From Lingula anatina (Eukaryota; Animalia; Brachiopoda): 64,000 bases of DNA. The stretch is taken from the NCBI GenBank assembly GCA_051362555.1, contig CM120644.1, positions 6,890,954-6,954,953 of the forward strand, written 5' to 3'. A program made the translations under genes and the position numbers. The notes under the pieces were generated by a model. That model had not been told where the DNA came from. It saw nothing but the letters and a program-made list of their open reading frames with translations, and did not search any database. Below, one piece after another: positions 26,657-40,743 of this stretch. Each line of letters begins with the position of its first letter. The stretch's first letter is position 1.

Positions 26657-29600
26657 GTAGGTCTACATGAACCTTTTTCCTTATTTCAGTTAAAATTGTA
26701 TATTGATCATGGTACATTTTTCGTGCAGTCCAGTCCGATAAACCAAACGATTTTTTATTCTTAAATTGAATTCATTATTCATAAGAAGCACGTCGGAAAT
26801 AATTAATAAAAAAATAGATAAATGATATAAACACTGTATCCGTAATAAAGGTATTATAAAATAAGTTCGATCATTACTGTCTACAGGTACCCAATGATTG
26901 CTTTGTCATGTACTGGCATAAGACGTAAACTTACTGGGTATTACATTTCTTAAAACATCCTTAAATTAACTTACATAATTTATAAACCTAATAGTTTCAA
27001 CAAACTATATATGAAGTGTTAACTTACACGCCGTTGTGAATAATCTTGCCCTGTCTTGATATCAACTTGACTTTGACTTTGCAAACTATAATAACGTGGC
27101 ATCTACGCATAAAAAACACACCCTATTAATATATCACTAGGTGCACGTAACACACTTTCTCTCTACTAGTATGTGTCTGACCCGGCCTACACATTGCCCA
27201 GTACTAAAACACTTGTATAAATTGACAAAGCAAATGACATGTAGTCCTACTATCAAAACGTACAGGTTAGGCCTACATGTGCGCGCTGAATTTTTATCAG
27301 CGCTCCGTCAGTTTCTTTAAAGGTACATACGAACCGAGCATTGGTGGAGCGTGGATTCGCAGTAACACATGTAAACCACTTCTCTAGATTCTTATATGAC
27401 CCAAATAAATTCGACGTGCCAAGGGATAAACTGATTAGATCACTAGATCAGCCATAAAATACCTTAAGACTGCTCCTTTCTTTAAATTTCGGTTGTAAAT
27501 TTAACCTACTTTCGTGACCTACTTTCCTGCCCCATTGACATACAGATTAGAATGCCAGAAGAAAAATCCGTTCATACATCATTTTCGGGTAAAATTAAAC
27601 AATGCCTTTTGGAAATTCTCTTAGTTATACTACATGTACTTGAAACTATATGGTGGCATTTGGTTGGTTTTTGTGACAAAAGTTGACTTTGTATGCATCT
27701 TTAATTACTCTACTATATCTTTATATGTTAAACCAAGGAGTTATAACAGAAGGAGATTACACGCAAGCCTCTCTTTTGTCCGATGTCTGTTACGGTGGGC
27801 GGAGCTAGCTACGGGGGGCCTCCTGTCTCAAGGTTTCGTCTGCGTCGCTCTCCTCAGCTTAGAGATTAATTTCATATGCGTTATTTCGCGTTAGAATTCG
27901 AGATCAGTAGTGTCAGAGCGGCGCTGTATGCTGACGATTTTTTTCACAAATAATTATTTGGACGATGTGCTGGAAGGGAACGATATCATAGAAAGCGATT
28001 ATAAGGTGGTGACTGAGGATGGTCACCATGAGTTTTTTTGAGTCGGTGATAGATGGCTTTTTTTTTTGCACAACCCAGTGAAAAATCACCAAGGAGAAGT
28101 CAAAAGAAAACGTCCCAACTGTGGTTTGTGAAAATGACATTCAAGTGAACGTCTGTCCTCACTGCCAAAAGACATTATATGAATACATAAACGTTTGGAC
28201 CCTCCTGCCCTTGGGTCCCATAAACATATACATTGTGACAATGCCTAAGCGTTGTGACTGGTTTTAAATTTCTTTAAGTATTTTTTCTCTCACTCGGTAT
28301 AATTTTAATATCATAATGCATTAAAGTGAAATTTTAATCAAAGGTTGAGGCAATGCCACGATATGTCAGTTTACTGAATACTCGTTATAAATTTCTTTAT
28401 CTTGGAAATCTCCCTTTTTTCAGGATTATTTTGACACATACTTACACTGTTCATATTTGTCGGTAAACAAGTGCACAGTGCTAAACATTAAGAATAATTT
28501 TTATTCATTCATAAATATATTTATGTACAAAATATATCAGAAATTTTAGTTTTAACTGAGCTCTTTAAAGTGAAACAAATAAAGATGAGAATTTTGAATT
28601 TCAAACTATTATTTACTATATTTACTTAAAATATCTTATATGTCAACTCTATACTCAAGCATCATGATAGTAGCATCTGTGAGTAAAACCATTTTATTAT
28701 ATCAATAGAAGAACAAAAACAAAATTTTACACATAAGCCGTCATAATGAAGTCATAAGAATGATTAAGTTGCTACAGTTTTCCAGTTTTATGCAGTCTAT
28801 GTTGGCATTTTTTTCAACCGTGCAAATAGAAATAATTATATTCTTTTTTATCTGACTTGCTGATACCAGTCTGTGCCAGATACTATTCCACTCACAGGCC
28901 AGCAAGGTCTGAGAATCTAATGGGCCATTGAAAAAAATCCTAGAAGATAAAATGGCTAATTCCTGCAAATAGGATAAAAAACATGGGATTTTCAAAAGGT
29001 TATAGATCAAGACAACACTTAGTAAGAACATTTATAAAATGAACTGGAGTACATGTTATAGCTGAAAAAATTAACTGGGCCAGTAAATGACTGCTTTAAA
29101 GAAATTTCACTGAAACAGTCCAAATTTTACTGGCAATCAGGTAGACTGTTATACCATGGCACTTAACAAATTATATATAGGTTTTGATTTTTTTCCATGT
29201 GACAGTAACATAAAATTTATGTCCACTTTTGAAATGTATAGAGTCAGGTGACTAAAAATATTTTAAAATGTCATGAAGGATCACTATTAATTTAATGTAA
29301 TCTCTGTTGGCCAGTCTTATCCAGTTTCTTCTCCAAAAAGGACAACTCAAGTGAGAATTTCTTCAGGGCCTTTTCTTCTGCCTTGCCAATGCCATGCCAC
29401 TCAGAAAAGAGAGAAACCTGTAGGTTAGAAAAAAAACATAATAATAGCATTATGAACTAGTAGTATCCATGTAGACATTATGGAATTACGCAGTGAAGTT
29501 TAATGTGTCATGTTATGACTTGACTGAAATAATGTTCACCACATAAATGAACAATTTACAACTAAATTTATATAGAACATCAAGATTCATGATCACAAGC

Positions 29601-32600
29601 TAATTACCCCAAGAAATTGAAAGAAATTGTACTTATTACAAGAAATTATTTAAATCCGCCCTAGTTCCTACTCTTCTGATAGGACAAAAAGGGGATTTCA
29701 GAGAGGCTGGTTGCTAAAAGGAAAATGCCCAAGATTGTTGTATTTTGAAAAAAAAATTAAAAAGGGTACTGTTGTTAGTGAATGTTTAATGCATCGTAGG
29801 CATTATGACAAAAGTAACTTACTCCGGACACACTGACCTCCTTTTTTCAATGACATTTTTTAATTTTTTTCCAGCCTGACCATAATTCATACAAGGTATA
29901 TTCAATGCAGCCTTCTTCCATATCTATAATAGAAGAAAAAAATGGGTAGTGTTAAGATATGCATGTCAGCTTCATTATCTATTTTGAGAGAATTTCTGTT
30001 TCAGCACTGCAAGATGAAATATTTACTTTCAATGAATAAACCTTAATAGAGTTCTATTCTTTTGTAACCACCAAGGCAAAGCTTCTTTCTTAAAATGAAC
30101 TGAAACATCCAAGCTTACCACCTAACATGCCAAAGTAGTGAAGTATAGTTAAAGTAGAGAAGCAAGTACCCCTTAAATATAGAGGTGTCTTACACAATAA
30201 GGTGTGTCTTACACACCTTGACTCAAAGGGAGATGTGTAGTGAGATAACAGGTAAAGTAATTGGTGGAGCCTAGGTGAACTTAAAACCTTAAGACTTCAA
30301 ATTAAGAAGCACCAGGATTCATGTGTGTTCTTTTTTCAAATGTTTAATATGAATTTAAACATATATATGTAAAAAGAAGACTAAATATGTTTAAAATAAC
30401 TATATCAAAGACACTGTGAAGTCAAACTTCCTGTTAGACCGCCATGATGGAAAATGCTGGGTGGAGCCAAAATTTTTCCGGTCAAAATAACTGAGCACCT
30501 TAATCTAACAACAAAGTTACCACTCCAAAGCCACCCACCTTGGTGAGAAGAAAAATGATGACCAACTGTCATGATAAGTTTTTTTAGTTTTAAACACGAA
30601 AAGGTACAGGCAAAAATGGTACATTTACCCATAACACTAAAGTAAAAATTGGTATTCTGAACAAAACGGGTTTTTTTTTCAAGAAATATTGGAGCAATAC
30701 CCATGCGATATATACCAAGCCAGAACCAAGATGTTCAAGAATCTAAACACACCAATCACGCATTTGAAAAGTGCAAAAACGTTCGGGCTTTTGGCCGTAA
30801 CAAGTGTAAGTTTTTGATCTGGACTCGTGAAAATTGGCCCTTGTCGTATTCAAGCTAGAATACATATAAAATCGAAAAAAAACAACAATACTCATCAAGA
30901 AAATGTATTGCACACACACACACCAATAACTTAAATTTTATGACTGTCATGTGACACAAGTATCAAAAAGTAGGAGGAAAATGTCTTTTGGAGTGATTTT
31001 TTTTCGAAACATAAACAAGATGGCGGCTTATGCATCTGCTTGTTATTCGGCTACTGAAAGTGCACTGAAAGTTTTATTCTATGCTGTTGCCACAAATTAC
31101 TTAACAATTGCAACTGTATAAAGACCAAAATTTCTTCATCTGATACTATATTTATAAGCACTTGTTATGAGTGGGAAATATTTTTCGTGCAATATTTATT
31201 CTCCACACACCACCTCGCAAGATCGACGTGGAGCTGGATACTTACACAGTGAGACCCTACGTCATAAAAGTTGCAATTTATATTCATATTTCGAGTAGTT
31301 ATGCATTTAAAAGCACTTACCTGTTTTTTGATAACCTTATCCAACGTTATATCCTCTGCACTCTGTACTTCTCTCATTTTAACAAACTTTTGAGTACGTT
31401 TCTGTTTGTGTCCTCTCGAAATGCTAGACGAAGGCACCTATTCTGACAAACGAGATTTAAATGAGAGGGTAACAGAGATAGGCACCCATTGTTCTCTGGG
31501 TTCTATTCATTCCGACCAATGAGAGACCGTAAAACGGGCTCCGCCCCCACGCGCTTAATCTCCTTCTGTTATAACTCCTTGGTTAAACATATTACTTAGA
31601 TCGCATTCACAACGAGTTGAGCCAGGCTTTACAAATATGGAGAACTAAATATAGCGGGCGTACATGAAAGAAAAACCGCCTAATCTTTTACTGGCAGCAC
31701 GAGCCAGTTACTTATACAAAGCTGTAATTAATTCTCGGCTGTGCTCGCATTCTATAAAATCTCATCCTCCGTTGCCGCATCGCTTGCCGTCGGATCATGA
31801 CGGTTGCACTCGTATATGTCGTCTGTATAGCTTCTTCATCTTCTTCGTCTTGTTGTTGCACAAAATCGACAAACACATTTTTCAAAGCAACCGCGACCGC
31901 CATTAACTATTTAACTCCCAACTGCGCATGCGTCAAGGTATCAGAATCTCCTCCGAGCACAGCCGAGAATTAATTACAGCTTTGGAAGTAACTGGCTCGC
32001 GCTGCCAGAAATTACGCCGCGGGATATTCAGGGCACAGACCGTGATCACAAGATATACCGCGAATAGAAAATAGATTTTTAGAAAATAGATTTTCCATGT
32101 GAACGAAGCCCAAAATCTGTAATTAAGGGCTCATGACTCAAGAACAAAAATAATTAAAGCTGTCTCAGTGGGTTAAGCCCTTAATTTAGCAAGAAAATGA
32201 ATCTTTTTGGAAACCTCACCAGTTTTCCCATAATGGCCAAGGTACGTCTTATCCAAAACCGTTCAGAAAATGAAGCTACCTAAATACCGCGCGGGAAAGA
32301 AAAGCAACACCCTAACTCTCCTTCGAAACCCGGCTAGTCTCCTTCTTCTATCCGTCAAATTCTTCCTCTTCTTACTTGAATCTTCCTTCGACGACTTTGG
32401 GTTAAATTTGATGTTCCAAAAACAAACACGCGAGAAAAAAAACCAGAGTGCCAGAAGAGCAATGATTGGGGACATATTTTTGTTTTCGTGAATTCTGCGC
32501 ATGCACGATTCTTCAAACCGGAACCTCCACCTGGATTTTTCAGTGCACGATTCGGTTTCCATTTGCTGTGTGCGGCCAGAAAACCAAATTGGAATTTCAC

Positions 32601-35600
32601 TCGTAATTCCCATTGCACAAATTCGGATATTTCAAATTGTAGTGTGAACGGGGTATAAGACGACTTGTCTCAAATACTCAGCTACCATCTCACAGTACGG
32701 AGGATTACTCCGAGGATTACTCGCCGAATCAACTGCCTACATGCCCTACATCAAAATGTACCAAATTGGACAATTTTGGACCGATGCCTGGAATAATATT
32801 CCCAATTGAACTCTAAAAACCTAGGGCGCATTCCCAGAGCTTTTAGATCGATCTATCCCCGCGGGGAGTCTCACTAGTTTACTGTCAGATAATCCGGCTT
32901 TATTGTCCGTCCCGCCTACTACAAGCTGTAAGGGACTAATTAACTTTCGTGTCCGCTCGGCTGACAGATATTTAGCATGAACCCCCAGGGAGTTAGGTCG
33001 ATCTAAAGTAGATCGATCTAATCTCTGAAAATGGGGTCCTAGAGTTTTTCAAATTATCATCTGTGAAAGAGTTATACACCCCACAAAATACACTCATATC
33101 AGTGTCTAATCACAGCAACAGTCGCTGTTACGCCTGACCTCATCTGGTTGCTACCAGGGCTCTCAAGCGGCAAGGCATTCTTTGGGATAGGTTTTTAGAG
33201 TTTAATCTGAATAACATATCAGGCATCGGTAAAAACGTAAAAAAGTGCCCTGTGTGAATTGGCAATCTGATCGTGCAATCTAAAATTGTTCCTTAAATGC
33301 CCCCTATCAAATGATAGTCAATTGGTTCCCATTTTTTTCTTTTATTTGATATGGTTCAGGTTTTCATCGATGGTTACCATTGGTGTTTTGGCACCAATGT
33401 GGTATCCACTCTAGATACTGACGCTGTCAGTAACCTTAGTCACTTAAGACGCAGCACACGCTTCGGCGTAGGCCTCTTCGAATGTTAGAAAACTATGTTT
33501 TGTCAATTTGAGGGGTACAGGTGAAATCTGACCTCAATAGAGAAAGCCAAGCAGTTTCAGTGTTCTACCCAGTCCCCAAGTCAGCATACAGACGCCGATG
33601 TTTTGTTGTTTACAGTGGCTTCCTCAGAGGTCTTCTGGTATTCTAACCTGCTAAATCCAGTTTGGTGTTCGCTAAGGGCCTTGCTTTTTGTTAAGCATAT
33701 CCGGAAGGATAGTGGGTCCTGTACCCTGGTGGTAGGATTTTAATACATTAGTTGTGATCTCTGTGCAGGTGCATCAGTTTAGGCATAGCTCTATAAAACT
33801 GAGCAGACCTTTCCGCAATAATCTGTTTGGTAATGTGCGTCTTTTTCGCGCCATTCTGGCACAGATTAGCAATTTTGTAAAAATACTGCTTAAGGCACTT
33901 AACGCCCTGAAAAACCGGCCGCTTGCATGCAAAATGTCAAATTCTTCTATGCAGCAGTTGCCGTCATATGGATACTTTTTTTAACAAAACCATGCTTCAT
34001 CAAAGCCAAGCTTTGACCAGACCAAAGAAGCACTACACAATAAAAACAATGCATATATTTGCACAATGCAGCCGTGCAACAGACATGGTAGTCATTTAAT
34101 TGGTAGCCACAGACTTTACGTCACACTTCTTTTTCATATCTCATATGAGATCTGATTTAAAAAAGAACCCGTTTTTACCTAGGCATACCTTTGAAACTGA
34201 AATATTCTATATTAAATGTCAAGTCTGTGCCTTTGTACATGCATGAAAAACCTCATTTTCAGTAACTGGGTGATAATAAAGGATTACAATACCATTAACT
34301 TTACTTTTACGCAATGGCCTAACTGTTAGGTGAGGTCCTTCAACATTTACGTAATATACTGCATAGATTTTGGTTACTATACTCCCCTTATCTTTATTTT
34401 ATGCAGCATCATTTTAATAGTGCTCATTCACTGTACATATATGATACATGTCGTTAGATATGAATTGAACGACTAGCAGATCTGGGAGCATAGATCTATG
34501 GACTGTTTATTATACAGCTACCTCACGAATGGGTTAATATATCTTACTGGGTTATGTTGATCTATAAATTAAGATTAATTCTTTAGAATTTTATCAGTGC
34601 GCTTTTGTATTAAACCATTAGAAATATCATCAAGCCTTTTAATCATTCTCTTTCACTTTCACATTCTCAGATTTTACTATAAGATGGGGTATTCATAGGT
34701 TTGACTTCAGTGAAAGTAGGAGATTGGTCACGATAAGATCACGCACTGATGACGATCTGCACTGGGCGCTGGATCATTGGTTTGTAAACAAGCAAACGGA
34801 GATAAGCTCTCGTTTAGCTACCCTTCCTCAATATGAAAGGCTATTGCTTGAAAGAGAAGCTTATAGAAGTATTCAGGCGTGCAGGGAGAAAGCAAATCCA
34901 ACTGATTCAACAACTTTAGACATCGTCAAATGTCTGGAAAAGGTTATAAGGCGGTATGAATGTGCTGTAAGGGAAAAGGATGTCAAAATGGTTGACATGC
35001 AAGGTACTATCTCATTGATGAAGAACGAGATTGAGGGAAAGGGGGAGAAAATTAAGGAAAGTATCTGTCGTCTACAAGAGCAATTACAAACTAGTAAAGA
35101 GCTTGAAAAGACACATGCCGCCGAACTAAAGGAAAAGGTGGAAGAAATAGATAAAATGCGTTTAATCTTCTCAGAGATGAAGAAAGAGATTGAGAAGAAA
35201 GAGGAGAGAATCGAAGAAATTACAGAAGCAAACCATCAAATGAAAAAACTTATCAGCCAGCTACAAGAACAAGTGCAAATCAGCAGTGCAGAACTACAAA
35301 AGAAGGAAGCGTATGAGTCAGAAATTCATGAACAGTTATCAGGAATGGAGAAGAAGATGGCGGAGAGAAACAAAGAAATACAAGGTATGACCAACACACT
35401 ACATCAAAAATCACAAAGAATTGACAGTCTTCAAGAGAAGACACAAGATATGCAAGAAAAAATCTATCAGTTAGAAAAAGAAATAGAGCGTGTCATGAAA
35501 GACAAGTACGATCTAGAGGCCAAACTTGCACAGTGTCAGGAGCTATCCGACAGTTATCAGGCTGCTTTAGTCTCCCTAGCTGCATGGAATCAACAATTGA

Positions 35601-38110
35601 AGGACATGGAAACCAGGCTAAAGAAAGACAACGATGAGGTAAGCACATTCTATATACATGGCATGCTATTGTATTTACACTCAGTGTGTATTTACGAACT
35701 CTTAATTTTGGACACAACTGGGGGGAGAGGTTAACAGAGGCTGACCAAATATAACTTACTCCTAGACCATCATGAATGATGCTGGTTGGTAAACTAGTGA
35801 GATCCTTTCTGTAATGAGAGAGGAACAACTATGTGATAAGCATTCTGCTGCTGCTGCTGCTGCTGCTCCGCCCATTCAGCCCAAGGGCGAAGGATGATGG
35901 CGATGATGATGATGATGTATTTGCGTTTAAACTGTGTAATTTGTGTAATGATATATATTCTTCATGAATACAACTGTGTGTATTAATAGTTTCTCCATCT
36001 CTCTCTCCAAATTAAGGTGCAGAATGTGCAGTTATGTTTCATTACATCACTTTTTCAGAACACAGGACAATTGTTAGAAACGGTCGACCAAATTTGGCAT
36101 GGACAAAAAGAGGAGGTTCTTTCTTCCATTGAAAAAATGGGGGATCGCGTGATAGGCTGTCTTGCATCACACGACAAAACTCAGGGATCTGAGGAGTTAT
36201 ATTCACGGCAAGAAAGCGGATATGAATCTCCTTTGGAAGGGGATGCCGAGTTAAGAAATGTCTGCTGTTTACTATCAAAATGCCTAGGTAAGTAACCCTT
36301 AATAGGGGGGCACGGCGATACTAAAATGTCAGTGTTCACAATCTTGTTTTATTATACCGTCATAATGAATCAAACAATGTAATACTCCTGCATTTTAAAT
36401 GGAATATATAATGTGTATTTCAGGTGACTCGTGGCGTGAACTGGGCAGAGAGCTTAAGATAGACACGCGCTGCCTTGACGCCATTAGCGCACGGTATGGA
36501 CAGGTCGGAGGAGCAGAACTTGTGTGGGCTGTCCTTGAGAAGTGGGCTGAACGGGGAAATCCTACGAAAGAGGGTCTGTTACAAGCTGTTGAAAACATTG
36601 GACAGGAAGCTATTTTGGGTTAGTACTATAGTGTATAAATACACTCTCTATTATCCATTACCCTACCGTTACGTGCGGTATTTTGGTGTAACTTTTCTAA
36701 GAAATCATCCCAAGCGAATAGATATTCCCCTTTTCGCTAAAAATGTTCTCCCTGCGCTACTAAATATAATTATTCTCACAAGTTTTCTAACATCGTATGT
36801 GTCAAGGACTATTTTTGGTCAACCCAATTGATATCAAGATGTAATCTGAAAGTGTCCAATAATACAATAATGTATAAGTAATGGTTTTATGTTGTATAGG
36901 GCCGCCCATGACTGATGACCATCGTGACATGCTCCAAACCCTCTATCCATACCTACACAAAGAAATGATGGATGTGGAACTGCTCATGCCTTACCTTAGA
37001 GGAGATAGAATCCTTACCAGCTCTCAGATAGAGGTGATCCAACAAGGTCGAGGACGATTTGGGAAGATTGAAAAGCTTCTCAAGATGTTACCTAACTTGG
37101 GATGCAGGGCATTTGATGGTTTTGTGCATGCTTTGAAACAAAGTGGTCAGATGCACATTGCTGAAAAATTAAGAGGTGAAAAATAAACTCATCCTTCAAA
37201 AAAATTCTCATTGTTCTTTCAATTTTCTTTTAAAATTCTAACGACGTATTATATTGTATTTAAAAGTGTAACGCTTCTTTATAATCGTCCCAGTTTTTCT
37301 CGATCATAATGCCTTTTTAAGTCCAGTGGCAGTTTGAAAAAGTTTAAATTGAACAGATAATAAATATCCCCTTTACTGAATAAAAACCTCCGTCTATCTA
37401 TTCTTTAGAAGTTGAGTCCAAGGAGCCCTGTGTCGTTGAAAGTGTTGAGACAGGGGGCGAAACTGTACCCAAAGTATCCTCAGAAGAGACTGGTGTCAAA
37501 GTGGTGGAAGGTATGTCAATTGTCTTAAGAAGTATCTTAAAGTAATAATACATGTATATCATCATTATATCTGTCCAATGTGTAGCCCAGTGACAGACAG
37601 GAACGTTCTATAAAACATGTATATATGATCACAGTGCATTGTTTTGTTTGATAAACTTTTAAAGATAAAGTGCATAATTGAAAGTGTTGTATTCAATAGT
37701 CCCCACCCCCCCCCCAAAAAAAAAAAAAAAAAAAAAAGAAAGAAAAAGAAAAAAAGAAAAAAAAAACCTTTGTGTTGCTTTCCTATTGTTGGGAAATGAG
37801 GGTGTCACACTTATCCACGTCCTTTTTAAACGTTGGACGTGCACACGTCTCCATGGGATGACAATGTGTAATTCTGTTATCAAAGTTTTTAACTCGTTAC
37901 ATGCATGACCAAATTTTAAAAATTAAATTTTCTCCTATAGGCAGCACCTCCTGTGATCTGCAAGTACATAACACCAAAGTTATTATGCAAAAATTATCCC
38001 TTCTTGAGCGTTTTGTAAAACAAATCGACGCCAAAACCGGCCGGATTGAAGGATATATAGACGAGAAAAACACAACTGTCAGACAAACATCGACCAGCGA
38101 GGAATCTTAA
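26368..38110 (+). CDS. Paralogue A: unknown N-terminal domain + coiled coil + Death domain + CARD protein; 7 exons, 742 aa
   Basis: Exons 26368-26656, 34671-35638, 36059-36287, 36424-36618, 36900-37175, 37409-37510 and 37941-38110, all GT-AG and phase-consistent (2229 nt, no internal stop). Death-fold motif LGDSWRELGRELKI...VLEKWAE...TKEGLLQAVENIG. CARD motif MDVELLMPYLRGDRILTSSQIEVI...KIEKLLKMLPNLGCRAFDGFVHALKQSGQMHIAEKL. The exon 1-2 join across an 8-kb intron is inferred from phase and from paralogue B. Confidence 0.82.
27734..31581. mobile_element. Non-autonomous TIR DNA transposon with 7-bp TSD (P/Galileo-like) in intron 1 of paralogue A
   Basis: Perfect 26-bp TIR CAAGGAGTTATAACAGAAGGAGATTA at both ends. 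Flanking direct repeat GTTAAAC at 27727-27733 and 31582-31588. No intact transposase was seen. Confidence 0.85.
31690..32111. mobile_element. Foldback MITE; a related partial copy lies in inverted orientation at 25825-26000
   Basis: Internal inverted arms at 31691-31748 and 31954-32008. The segment 32000-32105 is the reverse complement of 25830-25935. Confidence 0.65.
32780..33230. mobile_element. GATCGATC-family MITE (32825-33039) nested in another inverted-repeat element
   Basis: Inner copy closely matches 25002-25216. Outer arms read ACCGATGCCTG..AACTCTAAAAACCTA / TAGGTTTTTAGAGTT..CAGGCATCGGT. Confidence 0.7.
34671..35638 (+). CDS. Paralogue A exon 2 (end of N-terminal domain plus long coiled coil)
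   Basis: Polypyrimidine-CAG acceptor, open 968-nt exon with E/K/Q-rich heptads, donor GAG|GTAAGC. Confidence 0.88.
36424..36618 (+). CDS. Paralogue A Death-domain exon
   Basis: GDSWRELGRELKID...LEKWAERGNPTKEGLLQAVENIGQ; phase 1-1 exon. Confidence 0.85.
36900..37175 (+). CDS. Paralogue A CARD exon
   Basis: CARD-like six-helix pattern ending LLKMLPNLGCRAFDGFVHALKQSGQMHIAEKL; phase 1-1 exon. Confidence 0.88.
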
Positions 38111-40743
38111 TCATTATACACTAACAAGAGATACAAATTGGAATGTTACTAAGAAGATAGAAAAAATAATTATATTAAGATTTCTAACTTATCCCATTGA
38201 ATGATCCGGCTGTGATTTGATTTTGATATAATGCATTGATATTTGCAGTTATATGAATACACATTACGTCATAGATATGTTCCTAGAGTGTAAATGATAA
38301 AATAACCGATTAATAACGAGGCCCAGAGGGGTTGAAAGTACAGCACAAAGTCAGTGGTAAACGCATTTCCAGTTTATATACTGTACATAATACGAGAGAG
38401 GGGGAGAGAGAGAGAGAGAGAGAGAGAGTGAGGATGATGAGTCTTATACATGTGGGTACATGCAGTTACGTCCAACCTAAGATTTAATAAACAGAAAGAT
38501 TGGACAGCGACATTTTCCCTTTGACCAGACGTTCGTACGGGTAAACATTGCTCTATTGTTCCCCTTAAGTTGTTTTGATAGCCGGGCTTAATTTTAATCC
38601 CCATTGTACCTAACCCGTGTTTAGCGAATAGCGTGATTTCTCGTGCATTCTCGCGGACGCCACATCGTCGTCAAGTAGATCCGCCATATTGGATAAGCAA
38701 TGGCACACGAGTTTTTTTTATTAAAAAGTTCTAAAGATGTACAGTTTGTTTACATTTCGTAGTTGTCTTAATACTTTATATTCAGAGGAGGCAATACCCA
38801 ATAGCGCACTCCCTGTAACAAAAGCTGCCATTTTATAGAAATTGACTCAACGTGGAGATATAGCCGGAAACGTGACGAGATCATCAACGTAACAGATAGT
38901 GATATTCGATGCCGTTTTGGACAATAAGGTCATGCTAATCACTGGGAGAAACTGAATGGTGAAGCTACACCAAAACAGAAACTTGATCTATTATGCATGT
39001 TTGTAAAACTTTGTCACTATTAGCGGTCATTCTTTTAGAGCATAATCAATTCAAATTCACCAGAATATTCGTAGCAAATCAGTGAAACAAAAAGGACTGA
39101 AAAAAAATCCTTTAAGAAAAAGTAGTTTTTAATTTCACTTTCACAAACACTAATTTGGGTACCTACTTCACAATGATAGTGAAAGGTAAGACATATCTTT
39201 ATACTGACAATCAAATAAAAGTAAACTCGTTTTTTCATATTTATAAAGAACACATGCAATATAGTTTCCTTGCGACTTCATAATCATGCACATATTTTTA
39301 AACTCTGCAAAATCTGTTTTGAAACATATGTCTTTTGAACATCTTCCACAGAATGTATTGGAAGAATAATATGTGTAACAATTTTGTTTGCCATCTCACT
39401 AAAAATGACTAAATAAAAGATGATTGCTAAAAATTATCAATATTTCATCAGATTTAGCATTTAAAACTGATCATTCATTTCTGGCTGATATAGTAACATA
39501 ATACAAGTCATATTCTGTTCATAAGCATTTTATTATAGATTTAATAAGGCACAGATATTGAAATGCAAATAAAAATGTTAACACCTTTAGATACCACTGA
39601 CTGTTACACAATCACAACAGATAGGTAATTTATTTAGGAGTACTAGTTTCACATGACAAAGAATTATAGCATTTTCCCCCTATTTTGACTTGTTTCAACA
39701 TTAATATCTCATTCAATAAAATTATGCACGTGATGATAATATTTATCTATTGATAAGAGCACTACTGACTAATTCCAACCTAGACTTGACAGAAACTAAA
39801 CTTCAGAGTTTACAGAAGGGAGACAATTTATAGTGATATATTTGTTTTTCATGAAGAACAACATATGGCTAGTTTCAAGGTGGTCCATTTGCTGAAATAT
39901 CAATGTGCCTGTCAGGTTCTTGAGTAGCACCGAGTTAACTTGACAGAGGTACGTCGTCATCAGAATCACTTCCATTGCAACATATATCTGAAAAAATATT
40001 ATGACACAGTTAAAAAGATGCTGACGTGTTAATTGCTCATGTTATGTTAAAATCCACGGTACGGACAACACTGACCTAGCTTTTCGTGCACTTGTAAAAC
40101 TATCGAGCAAAAATTAAATATTTAATTTCGGGCAGCTTACCATTTTGCTTATTTAATACATCTGTGTGTCTTTTTGATTGTTTACAATCACTTTGCAAAC
40201 TTGACAGTGGTGCATCTAAATCATCTGCAACACTTGCATTATGACATTCACCCGAAATAATAAAATAATATTTTACTGTTAAAAAGGTTCTGACATGTGC
40301 TAGTCTCTTATTATTTGTCATTTGTATAATTCCACTCAATCCACTGTGGTGATTGCACCTGCCTTTTTGTATCCGATACTGGTAATAATGTTGTTGGTAC
40401 AGTGGAAATCCGATACTTGTAATAATGTTGTCGGTACAGTGGAAATATCTTACTGAGCATGACACACAAGGGACAGATTGATAGTGCCCATGTATGTAAG
40501 ACATTTTACTTTCAACTCCATAAACTAAAAAGTTCTAGTTATAGACCAGAAAGCTTACCTTTTGATTTTGCTGCCAGATTTTGCTCTTTATTTTTTCTCC
40601 TGCGGGCCTTGACCCATTTTAATGGCATCTGAAAACAAAACAAAACAAAAAAAAATAATAATAAGGATGTGAGGCACATTTTCACGCAATCTTCTCATTA
40701 CTTAGGTATAAATCCTGGATAAAAATATCACCAGTTGTAGTCC

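Noticed and set aside
25825-32111. Inverted repeats of about 110 bp bracketing the promoter and exon 1 of gene A, suggesting a Pack-type transposon that captured the exon
   Set aside because: There is no matching TSD, and the promoter is colinear with the copy at 20330-20536, which lacks this repeat. Two independent MITE insertions are more parsimonious.
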